Origin: a virus
Lineage: Duplodnaviria; Caudoviricetes
Length of the DNA: 64,000 nt
Direction: 5' to 3' (one strand)
Virus record (IMG/VR): IMGVR_UViG_3300019093_001485
Span: 916 to 64,915 of that record
Both the position numbers and the translations under genes were made by a program. Below the pieces are notes generated by a model, which saw only the letters and a list, made by a program, of their open reading frames with translations, was not told the DNA's origin and did not search any database. This document shows positions 30,124-37,937 of the stretch, one piece after another; position 1 is the first letter of the stretch; each line of letters starts with the position of its first letter.

Positions 30124-30198
30124 TGGAGCATCCTGAGAGTACCGATCTCTCGTCCTTGTGCTTGGAAGGCACTCGCTCCACCATTGAGCTAAGGATGC
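30124..30198 (-). tRNA. tRNA-Gly(TCC) with atypical T-loop
   Basis: Acceptor GCATCCT/AGGATGC plus T-CCA; D arm GCTC/GAGC; anticodon loop CT-TCC-AA; T stem GAGAG/CTCTC with loop ATCGGTA. Confidence 0.85.
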
Positions 30199-30208
30199 AT
30201 TGAAGTTT

Positions 30209-30338
30209 GTTGGTGCTGTTCGTCAACAAGTGGGATTCGAACCCACGGCGCCCCGTCTACAGGCTACAGAGCCAGACTCAGCACTTATCTGCGTCACTGT
30301 TAAACCAGCTCCAGCATTGCCGAGCTACTAGCACCAAC
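30209..30338 (-). ncRNA. tRNA-like structured RNA within a 9-bp outer stem
   Basis: Perfect T arm GTGGG-TTCGAAT-CCCAC, D-like arm, 7-bp acceptor-like stem TCGGCAA/TTGTTGA, enclosed by GTTGGTGCT/AGCACCAAC. Confidence 0.6.
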
Positions 30339-30433
30339 ACGGATAACCACTACTCAATTGTATTGACCATTCGTGTTTCCACTAGTGAATTTATTTGCAG
30401 CTATTGTTTGCTCAACTCATTGAGCACAAATAG

Positions 30434-30465
30434 AAAAGCCCCGAATCTCGCGACCGGGGCTTTTT
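30434..30465 (-). terminator. tR'-like terminator just downstream of late promoter
   Basis: GCCCCG...CGGGGC hairpin flanked by A and T runs. Confidence 0.8.
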
Positions 30466-30495
30466 GGTTACAATTACGACGTGTATCTAAAACAT

Positions 30496-30524
30496 ATGTT
30501 ATACCGGACGTTTTTTCCGGTCAA
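30496..30524 (-). promoter_or_regulatory. Late promoter pR'
   Basis: TTGACC, 17 bp, TAACAT on the minus strand, shortly upstream of a terminator and of the late operon. Confidence 0.7.
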
Positions 30525-30545
30525 GTAAAATAGATATGATTCTGA

Positions 30546-31139
30546 TTATTCCTTAATAGCCTGAACCTGTATTGCATCAATAAACCCTTGCACCTTCCCT
30601 GCTGGGGTTGGTGAGCTGCGGTCATATGCAAAGACTTGCTTGCCAGATTTGGCCGTTACAAAAAACCATTGTCCAGAATTTTGAGACGGCTCAACCAGAT
30701 ACACAACATCAATGTTCGGCGACGCGCCATATGAACCATTTAGCGAATCCAATTCAACGAACTGTGTAGATGTGTAAATGTTGCGCCTGATTATTGCATC
30801 ACAGAATACTTTGATACCGTAGTAATTAGATTGAGTTAAGGTCTCTATTATCTCTTTTCCGCTCCCAGTCGCAGCGGATCCCTGCTTTTTAGCAAAATTT
30901 TCTAAAGCAGTATTTACAAACGCATATTGGCTTGGAATAGCGCAAACCAATTTTTTCTGTGAAACAGGCGAAGGCAAAGGCACTATGGCATTCGAAATCC
31001 CGGAAAACATGGTCCTTGACGCATCAAGCATTTTTTCTTTGGAATCGTACTTGGCACCCTCTAATGTATATACAGTCCCGCAGCCAGTAAGGACTCCAGA
31101 AAACAGCAAGGCAATTGGCAAACAATACTTTAATTTCAT
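30546..31139 (-). CDS. Lipoprotein (moron)
   Basis: Lipobox VLTGC; AT-rich. Confidence 0.75.
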   Translation of the reverse strand: MKLKYCLPIALLFSGVLTGCGTVYTLEGAKYDSKEKMLDASRTMFSGISNAIVPLPSPVSQKKLVCAIPSQYAFVNTALENFAKKQGSAATGSGKEIIETLTQSNYYGIKVFCDAIIRRNIYTSTQFVELDSLNGSYGASPNIDVVYLVEPSQNSGQWFFVTAKSGKQVFAYDRSSPTPAGKVQGFIDAIQVQAIKE

Positions 31140-31864
31140 TCTTCAACACTCCCATTGATTAAACTGCATTTCTCACGTGTGGTTTGAACGGGTGCCTGTG
31201 TAGCCAATTTGCAATTGACTCGATCCTGCGTTTTTACAGGTGCATTTGAGACACTGGGCGCTACTAAATTTGATACCTGAGCGCCAGTTATGGTGCTTGG
31301 CCTCGTCAGATACTGCGACCTTACTGACTCCAATGTTTGCGAACATAATTGCTGTTCTGTAGGCGCAAAGTTTGAAACAGAGACGCAAATGCCACTGGGA
31401 TGCCTAAATGGATCCTTCTGAACCTGATCAAAATACTTGATTTCACCGTTCCCAAGGCGCAAGGCGTATCTAAAATGGAATTGTTGATTTGGTTTGCTGT
31501 CGAGACTTGAACCAATCATTCCGCCTATCAACATCGCCGCCAACTGTGTTTTTGCAGAATAATTTCCAGAATTTATGGCCTTATCCACATAAACGGCATT
31601 TCCTACCGCGACACCAAGCGCAGCACCACCAGATGTACCTGGAGTAGATTCATTGACGCCTTGATTGTCGATGATAAACCCGTACGAATCGGATTCTTGA
31701 ATTTGAATTTGACGATTTTCTTGAATAAGTGTCTGCTCATTTGCCGAAAGTGAATTCCAGACATGGCGGGCAATATTCACTGTTTGTGCATGGGCCGTAC
31801 CAAAACTGCCCAATGCAAATAACAGGCAAACCAAAACCTTAACAGAGGGTAAATTGATGCACAT
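31136..31864 (-). CDS. Exported protein with glycine-zipper-like segment (moron)
   Basis: Signal peptide ending AHA-Q; GGAALGVAVG...LIGGMIGS; paired Cys; ATGA-coupled to the lipoprotein gene. Confidence 0.7.
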   Translation of the reverse strand: MCINLPSVKVLVCLLFALGSFGTAHAQTVNIARHVWNSLSANEQTLIQENRQIQIQESDSYGFIIDNQGVNESTPGTSGGAALGVAVGNAVYVDKAINSGNYSAKTQLAAMLIGGMIGSSLDSKPNQQFHFRYALRLGNGEIKYFDQVQKDPFRHPSGICVSVSNFAPTEQQLCSQTLESVRSQYLTRPSTITGAQVSNLVAPSVSNAPVKTQDRVNCKLATQAPVQTTREKCSLINGSVEE

Positions 31865-32028
31865 GATTTGAAATGTGTGGCAAATAAACTAATAATGTAA
31901 CCGAATGCTACAAACATTTCAAAAAAACTTTTCGTTACGTTTGACTATAAGTGCAGCAGACTTGTTCGGCCTGCTGTCTTTTTCCTTTGAAGTATTGACC
32001 AAGAATGTTTAATACAACTCCATCCTGT

Positions 32029-32583
32029 TCAAACGAGTTGCTTCTCCAAATCTTCACTTTCGCAAACGTTGCTCAATCTCTCAGCTATTTTTGTCTGGGC
32101 CGTTGCATCAATCTCTTTTAGCCACGCCCAAATTAATCTCTTCTGATCATGCGCTGTGGACTTTCGGACGTTTAAGTCCGTGGCGACCTGGGTGATAGAA
32201 ATTCCCCGCTCATAAAATGCCCGGACAATCATCTCGCGCATACCTCGAACGGACATTCCTGTTACCTGGCCAGCAGCATGTTCTCGCAGACTTCCTATCT
32301 CGGTCCTGTACTGTTCGCTCATCCCATTAGACCCGCAGCACTTGCATTCTACGGTCTTCATTGCGTACCTGGCGATGATGCAGGAACGATGTATTGGCTT
32401 AAGACGATCCACCTCCGCCAGTATCATTCCAGCCTGGGCTGCGCCATCCACGGACACCAGGCCTTTACCACTGCCGGCACCTTTCAGCGCCAGCTTGGAC
32501 ATTGGTGACAGAGCATACTGTTGAGTTGAGTAATTAAAAGCAAAAATCAATGCTTCATGAGTATTATTGAAAAGTGCCGTCAT
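32029..32583 (-). CDS. Late antiterminator Q-like protein
   Basis: FNNTHEAL.FAF, GKGLVSVDGAAQAGMI, CKCC, C-terminal HTH; last gene of early-right operon. Confidence 0.7.
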   Translation of the reverse strand: MTALFNNTHEALIFAFNYSTQQYALSPMSKLALKGAGSGKGLVSVDGAAQAGMILAEVDRLKPIHRSCIIARYAMKTVECKCCGSNGMSEQYRTEIGSLREHAAGQVTGMSVRGMREMIVRAFYERGISITQVATDLNVRKSTAHDQKRLIWAWLKEIDATAQTKIAERLSNVCESEDLEKQLV

Positions 32584-32759
32584 TCCCGCTCCTTGTAGTT
32601 TGTACATTTCTTACCGTGCCGTCTGCCCTTGGCACAAATCTTGATTTTCACGTCAAAAACCCGCTCCTTTCTCTCGAACGCGCAGCCCTTGCAGGTACGC
32701 TCCTCGCGTTCGATCAGGATGTCCAACGGATCGCGGCCATAGTCTCTTTGCCTGGTCAC
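32580..32759 (-). CDS. 59-aa Cys-rich phage protein (not in ORF track)
   Basis: Hand translation from GTG: MTRQRDYGRDPLDILIEREERTCKGC...CAKG...CTNYKERE; coupled at both ends. Confidence 0.7.
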   Translation of the reverse strand: MTRQRDYGRDPLDILIEREERTCKGCAFERKERVFDVKIKICAKGRRHGKKCTNYKERE

Positions 32760-33223
32760 CTGGCCTCCCGCAATTTCTGTGCTGCTTCTTGAATTTGAGT
32801 GTCACGGATCAATTCTTGGGCGTAGCCCAGGGTCATTGTCATGGACGCCCTGCGCATCCGGTCAAAGCAGGCTCTAACCGCTTCGGTGTCGCTGGCAAAG
32901 ACCGGCATGTCCACCTCAAGCTTCTTGGCCAGTAAACGCAAAGGCTCCAGATTGATACTGATCCCCGCCCTCTTCTCATGAATTTCGTAAGCATCAACAA
33001 CGCCCATGATCGCTACAGAACTGTCATACCAGTGACCGTCTACAACGTCCTTGAAAATGGCGGTGCCGTTGCCAGCGACATCCTTGGTACCGTCGCGCTC
33101 CAGTTGGTCAACTATTGCCAGCAATGGGTCAAATACTGCGTTTAGGCGCCATGGCTGAGTTTTGATGAGACACTTAGTCGGGTCGCGCGGCACGTGCTTT
33201 TTGTTCTTTCTGTATTTGCTCAT
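32756..33223 (-). CDS. Hypothetical phage protein
   Basis: Coupled ORF downstream of dnaB. Confidence 0.7.
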   Translation of the reverse strand: MSKYRKNKKHVPRDPTKCLIKTQPWRLNAVFDPLLAIVDQLERDGTKDVAGNGTAIFKDVVDGHWYDSSVAIMGVVDAYEIHEKRAGISINLEPLRLLAKKLEVDMPVFASDTEAVRACFDRMRRASMTMTLGYAQELIRDTQIQEAAQKLREAR

Positions 33224-34578
33224 AAATGCTCCGCCAATCCTTTCCTGCTATATTTTTGTTCATGCACATGCGGTTGCCATGAGCGGTCTAGATTTTCAAA
33301 CCGGGTCTGTTCGCCGAAGTAAGCCAACGCAACGCGACCAGGTGCGCCTTGTCTGCAAAGGGCAACATCCACTTCGCAAATGCCCTTGTCCATGCTGTCT
33401 GGGTTATAGACTTCATCCCTGTAGAGAAAAATGACTGCATCAGCGTCTTGCTCAATAGCACCTGAATCACGCAGATCAGAGGGCTGTGGCCGCTTATTAG
33501 GACGTTTCTCCAGGTCACGATTAAGCTGAGAAAGCAGCAGAATGCCGATATCGAGTTCCTTGGCCAAGGCTTTGAGTCCCCGTGTGATGCCTTCTATCTG
33601 CGCATTCCGGTTATCCCCTTCCCCGTCCATCAGCTGCAGGTAGTCAACAACCAGCAATTTAAGGCCGTGCTTGCGCTTCAGATTTTTTGCTTTCATTCGC
33701 ACGTCCAACAGACGCAATCCGCCTTGGTCATCCAAAAACAGATCCATGTTGTCAATTTTTTGGATAGCGGCAGTTAATCCGTTCCAATCACTTGGGCCCA
33801 TGAGGTTAGGACTGAGCAGATGTGGCAAGGGAATCTTGCCCAAAACAGCCAGGTTCCGATCATGCAGCTGGCTGCGAGGCATCTCCATCGACAGGATCAG
33901 TACCGGATAATCTCTGGCCACGTTAAGAGCGATGTTCAAAGCACATGCTGTTTTCCCCATTTTGGGACGAGCTGCCAACACGATCAAATCGCCACCACGG
34001 ATGCCGCCGCTCAATTTGCTATCAACGTCCAAGTAACCCGTTGAAATGGCCTTGGTGCCTCCTTCCATGCGTAATTCAAGCTCTTCGATATGTTTCGCCA
34101 GGTCGGCACTTGCCCTGACAGGTTCTTGTTTGACCTGAGTCTGCGCCAATGCCTCGAGTTCGGATGAAATGCGATCAACCAAAATCCCTGCATCCTCATG
34201 AGCGTTGATTGTCATTTCTTCCGCTTTTCGCCCTAAAGCGATCAACCCACGCTTGATAGCCTTGTCTTTGACAATGCCGGCATAACGAGCAATGTTGGCA
34301 CTTGACGGCGTGTTTTGCGCCATTTGGTTCAAATAGACCAGGCAGTCCTCGATCTTGGAGGCCAGTATTTCGTGTATCGAGATGACGTCACATGTCTTGC
34401 CCGCTAGTACTTGCTTGTGGATTTCGCCAAAGATGACTCGGTGTTCACCACGGTAGAAATGCTCTGCGCGCAAGTCGCCTATTCGGTCAATCGCATCGTT
34501 ATCGAGCAACAGTGCGCCAAGGACAGACTGTTCGGCTTCCAAGTTTCGAGGTATTAACTTTTCACTATCTCGGCTCAT
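33220..34578 (-). CDS. dnaB: Replicative DNA helicase DnaB
   Basis: EAEQSVLGALL, AARPKMGKT, VVDYLQL, LSQLNR, DLRDSGAIEQDAD. Confidence 0.97.
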   Translation of the reverse strand: MSRDSEKLIPRNLEAEQSVLGALLLDNDAIDRIGDLRAEHFYRGEHRVIFGEIHKQVLAGKTCDVISIHEILASKIEDCLVYLNQMAQNTPSSANIARYAGIVKDKAIKRGLIALGRKAEEMTINAHEDAGILVDRISSELEALAQTQVKQEPVRASADLAKHIEELELRMEGGTKAISTGYLDVDSKLSGGIRGGDLIVLAARPKMGKTACALNIALNVARDYPVLILSMEMPRSQLHDRNLAVLGKIPLPHLLSPNLMGPSDWNGLTAAIQKIDNMDLFLDDQGGLRLLDVRMKAKNLKRKHGLKLLVVDYLQLMDGEGDNRNAQIEGITRGLKALAKELDIGILLLSQLNRDLEKRPNKRPQPSDLRDSGAIEQDADAVIFLYRDEVYNPDSMDKGICEVDVALCRQGAPGRVALAYFGEQTRFENLDRSWQPHVHEQKYSRKGLAEHL

Positions 34579-35360
34579 ACTTTCTTTCTCGTATTTTGGT
34601 AAAGTTTGCGGACTTGGTTATCCATTCGAGGTCTGCAAAAAAAGGCGTTTTCTTAGGATCGTTCGCCTTGCCAACAAGGAAATCACATGTGCCGACATAG
34701 GTAAAAAGCCTTTTCCAGTACTCTAAATTTTGCCTAGACTTGTCCTCATTCCACCTTGCTCGTAACTGCGTAGCTCTGGCAGGTGTCCAATCCCGTACTT
34801 GTGGACACTGGGGGTAAAACTTCGTGGTAGAGGGCAATGATTTGCTTGTGCGGGCATTCAATTCGTTCATGGGAGTGTCCGACAGGTTCGTCAGCATCGC
34901 TGGCGACATCTAACCCGTTAGGGTTAGTAGTGTTTACTTCTTCTCTTCTCTTCTCTTCTCTAGGTAACGCATCAGTAACGCTGCCACCGTTACCTTCATC
35001 GTTACTTTTAGCGTTAGCCTTGTGATTTGCTACACGTTTCGCGGTCAAAGCACGGTCTTTTGCTGTTTTCCCGTTATGTCTTTCGAAGTTTGGTAGCTGG
35101 AGTCCACCCTCAGTGGTTAACAACCAACCCACGTTTGTCATTGCCTGCGTTAATCCGGTAACGCCAACAATCCTATCTAGTAACGCTGAGGTAACGCCAA
35201 TAGCGTTACCATCGATTGTGTGTTGATCGAACCAGCGCCATACCCGCAAGAGCTTCCCTACGGTCAAGTCAGGGTCGTCCCAGCCCATGGCGACAGTGAT
35301 CTGTAGCACTTCCGGCTTCTCAGGTGTACTTGCATCGAATTTGAGCCATTCGCCAGCCAT
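34565..35360 (-). pseudogene. Replication initiator (O-like), split by a frameshift at C5 run 34810-34814
   Basis: MAGEWLK...CPHKQIIALYHEVLP joins QCPQVRDWTPARATQLRARW...ADLEWI..ANF.KI.E.KY if one C is removed. Confidence 0.82.
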
Positions 35361-35590
35361 TACATCCCTTCCAATAGAGGATAAATACCTGACAATCCTC
35401 GTAGTTCGCGGTCTGCCCGCAATGCCATTTCGGATGCTATCTGCATCTTATTTAGGCGATCCAGTTCCGCCGCAGCTTGGGAAACAGTCCTGCATTGGCA
35501 AGTAGGAGTTACAACAAGACAACCAGGGACTTGATATCCGACTAAAAAAGAACCATCTTTGTGAGGCCCTGTAATCGCGTAATTCAGCAT
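35360..35590 (-). CDS. Hypothetical protein
   Basis: TAATG coupling to the replication gene. Confidence 0.6.
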   Translation of the reverse strand: MLNYAITGPHKDGSFLVGYQVPGCLVVTPTCQCRTVSQAAAELDRLNKMQIASEMALRADRELRGLSGIYPLLEGM

Positions 35591-35627
35591 TGACTCACCA
35601 ATCCTTTCAGCTTTGCTTTGTAGAATT

Positions 35628-36065
35628 TCATGCTGCTAGACCGATAACACTGCCAACATGCACAACAGCTGAAGGCGTCTCCGCATACCGCTTTCTCAGA
35701 AGCACTTCAACAACCTGGGCATCATCTCGCCAGACGATCCCGTTACAGCCATCCTTCAGCCCTTTAAGCACATTGTCTGCGTCAGGTTTCTTGGTGGGCA
35801 GGATATGGCCTTGGATCGCCAGCAAGCGCTTCTTGTTTGACCAGCTCGCTGGCACTTGCATGTGCAAATGCACTTCCAAGGCTAATGGTTCGGCGCTCGG
35901 CTCGATCCCTGCCATTGCTTGAGATGCAGCCAACTTGACCAAGTTTTCATAATTTACTGTTTTTGCCGGGGTGTACGTTGTGACAAAATTCCCCTGCCTT
36001 GCGAACTTCGGACGGGCTTTAGCGACTGGCTGGCCAGGCACGATAAATTGAATTCTAAAAGTCAT
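35628..36065 (-). CDS. rusA: Holliday junction resolvase RusA family
   Basis: VPGQPVAKARP, KKPDADNVLKGLKDGCNGIVWRDDAQV. Confidence 0.93.
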   Translation of the reverse strand: MTFRIQFIVPGQPVAKARPKFARQGNFVTTYTPAKTVNYENLVKLAASQAMAGIEPSAEPLALEVHLHMQVPASWSNKKRLLAIQGHILPTKKPDADNVLKGLKDGCNGIVWRDDAQVVEVLLRKRYAETPSAVVHVGSVIGLAA

Positions 36066-36415
36066 AACAAGCCCTTTCTCTTGAGTATTCGGTGCGTGTG
36101 TTCAACACCAGCGCGAAAGTGCGCAAGCATCAGTTCCCGGCTATAGTTCTTTGGCATAGGTATGCGGCCGTCAAGCAAGTCATGGCAGCTACTGCAGCCG
36201 AATGCTGCGGCAGTGTCTGGAGCCTTCAGGCCCATGCCCTTGCCGTCTTCCAGCAGGTTTGAGTGGCATAGCGCGGTCGTCTCTGGGTTGTAGTTACATA
36301 CTGGGAAACGCAAAGTGCATTCCTGGCCGCGTGCGGCTTTACGAATTGGCGTCATCACCGGGCGACTGGTTTTCATGCGCTTGGAGCTGCGCTTCAATGG
36401 AGAGCGTTTCATCAT
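36062..36415 (-). CDS. DUF1364/YbcO-like Zn nuclease-domain protein
   Basis: ARGQECTLR...CNYNPETT.LCH...GMGLK.PD...FGCSSCHD. Confidence 0.85.
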   Translation of the reverse strand: MMKRSPLKRSSKRMKTSRPVMTPIRKAARGQECTLRFPVCNYNPETTALCHSNLLEDGKGMGLKAPDTAAAFGCSSCHDLLDGRIPMPKNYSRELMLAHFRAGVEHTHRILKRKGLL

Positions 36416-36708
36416 GGCAGCACCAGCCTGTAATGACGGCCACCAATGTGCTCCATCTTCAAGGGGGCCGGTGCAGTCCATACGCAATAACCATCGGCGT
36501 CGATCTGCTTTCCCTGTGCATACCACCAGGTGACTACACGCCAAAATGAAGCCCGCGAACCAGGCTGATTCTCTTTAATCGAACCGTTCGCATTGAGTAC
36601 TTGCGGACCAAACCGCGGATGGTCTTCGAATTTAATGATCTTGCCTGCCTCATCTCGAATTTTTCTATCAGGTCCGCCCAGGGAGATATGAAGAAATGGG
36701 AAAGTCAA
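36412..36708 (-). CDS. Hypothetical protein
   Basis: Coupled at both ends within the operon. Confidence 0.6.
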   Translation of the reverse strand: MTFPFLHISLGGPDRKIRDEAGKIIKFEDHPRFGPQVLNANGSIKENQPGSRASFWRVVTWWYAQGKQIDADGYCVWTAPAPLKMEHIGGRHYRLVLP

Positions 36709-37937
36709 AGCTCAGCCTCCGAAAACAATCTCGGTTGCACCGCGCCGTTTTGATAGACAACGTCCATCACGGTAGTGGCTAGCGGTTCATCACCATCCCA
36801 GCCATCAGGCCAAGTTTGCAAATCGATCAGTTCATGGATGCGCGCTTCTTCCTCGGCATTGATCAAGTCGACAACTGGCCGCCCTGTGCACGCTGCTCTT
36901 GCATTGATTTCTGCCTGAATTGCAAGGATGCGATCAAGTGCCATCAACCTGGCCTCAAAAGTCAGCGGCCCTTTCCTTTGCGGGTTCTTGCCGATTGATC
37001 CGTCTTTGAGGCGTTCAATGCCAGCTTTGCGCAAACGGTACTGGTCCTCACGCAACTCGCGCCAGAGAGGTTTGATGCGCTTCAACGGCGCTAAGTAAGC
37101 CCACTGTGGGTTTAAAAGAATGTTATCCAGAGCAGTATCAGTGTCGACCAGCGGGCAACCTGTGCAACCTGTTCGGGCATTTATTTCCTCAGCCTCATCA
37201 CCACCGTATGCATCAGCAATTGCCCGAGTACTCCAGTCACCGAACTCAGCTGTAGGTGCCCAATGTTTTAGCCATTCCCAGATATGACAGACGCGCCAAT
37301 GCAGCAACGGTGCCAAGGTTGCCAGGCGGCCGCGAAGGCCTTTTGCATTTGGCAATACTTCCTGGTACCAGCCTTGGCCACACTCTGCACCATCTTTGCC
37401 GCAACTCATTTCGATACGCTGATCACGAATGGCACTTTCACCCTGGCGCACGCCAGTGATCATTAGGATGCCACCCTCCAACTGATCCAAACGCGCCTCA
37501 AGTGCATGTTGCATGGGGTCGATTTTGATTTGGCGAGTACACCAGCGCAGCGTATTGTTATTTGGAGGTGGTACGCCTCTGCCAAGGATGTAAACCATAA
37601 AACGCTTGTCCATGGGTGCCATGACAATTTCTACAGCAATGCCACGATCACGCAGCTCGTCCATGATCTGGTGCGCAGATGCAGCCAAGGGAATGAGCTC
37701 CTGGCGGGTGTCTGCATAAAAGACTGTCAGTGTTTTTGGTCTGGCAATCTTGCCCGTATCAATCAGCCAGATAATCAAGGTAAGCGTGGCGCTTGAATCC
37801 TTGCCACCTGACCAGGCTATTCCCCAATGATCATGCTGCTGGCCGTAGGCCTGCATGGAGCGGATCGTCAGATCAATGGAATCTGTCATCTGCAAGCGCT
37901 TGGAGCCAGCCGCGAAAAAATCCACTTGCGCCGTCAT
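36705..37937 (-). CDS. PAPS-reductase family PP-loop enzyme, DndC-like
   Basis: WSGGKDS, ILGRGVPPP, RWCT..IKIDP, GVRQGES, RTGCTGCPLV, GPLTFEAR. Confidence 0.82.
   Translation of the reverse strand: MTAQVDFFAAGSKRLQMTDSIDLTIRSMQAYGQQHDHWGIAWSGGKDSSATLTLIIWLIDTGKIARPKTLTVFYADTRQELIPLAASAHQIMDELRDRGIAVEIVMAPMDKRFMVYILGRGVPPPNNNTLRWCTRQIKIDPMQHALEARLDQLEGGILMITGVRQGESAIRDQRIEMSCGKDGAECGQGWYQEVLPNAKGLRGRLATLAPLLHWRVCHIWEWLKHWAPTAEFGDWSTRAIADAYGGDEAEEINARTGCTGCPLVDTDTALDNILLNPQWAYLAPLKRIKPLWRELREDQYRLRKAGIERLKDGSIGKNPQRKGPLTFEARLMALDRILAIQAEINARAACTGRPVVDLINAEEEARIHELIDLQTWPDGWDGDEPLATTVMDVVYQNGAVQPRLFSEAEL

Noticed and set aside
30209-30338. Amber suppressor tRNA explaining the tail-fibre TAG
   Set aside because: Neither tRNA element has a CTA anticodon, and TAG is used as a normal stop elsewhere (for example the kinase and xis genes)
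36705-37937. Complete Dnd/Ssp phosphorothioation system or sulfate-assimilation CysH
   Set aside because: No partner dnd, ssp or cys genes in the window
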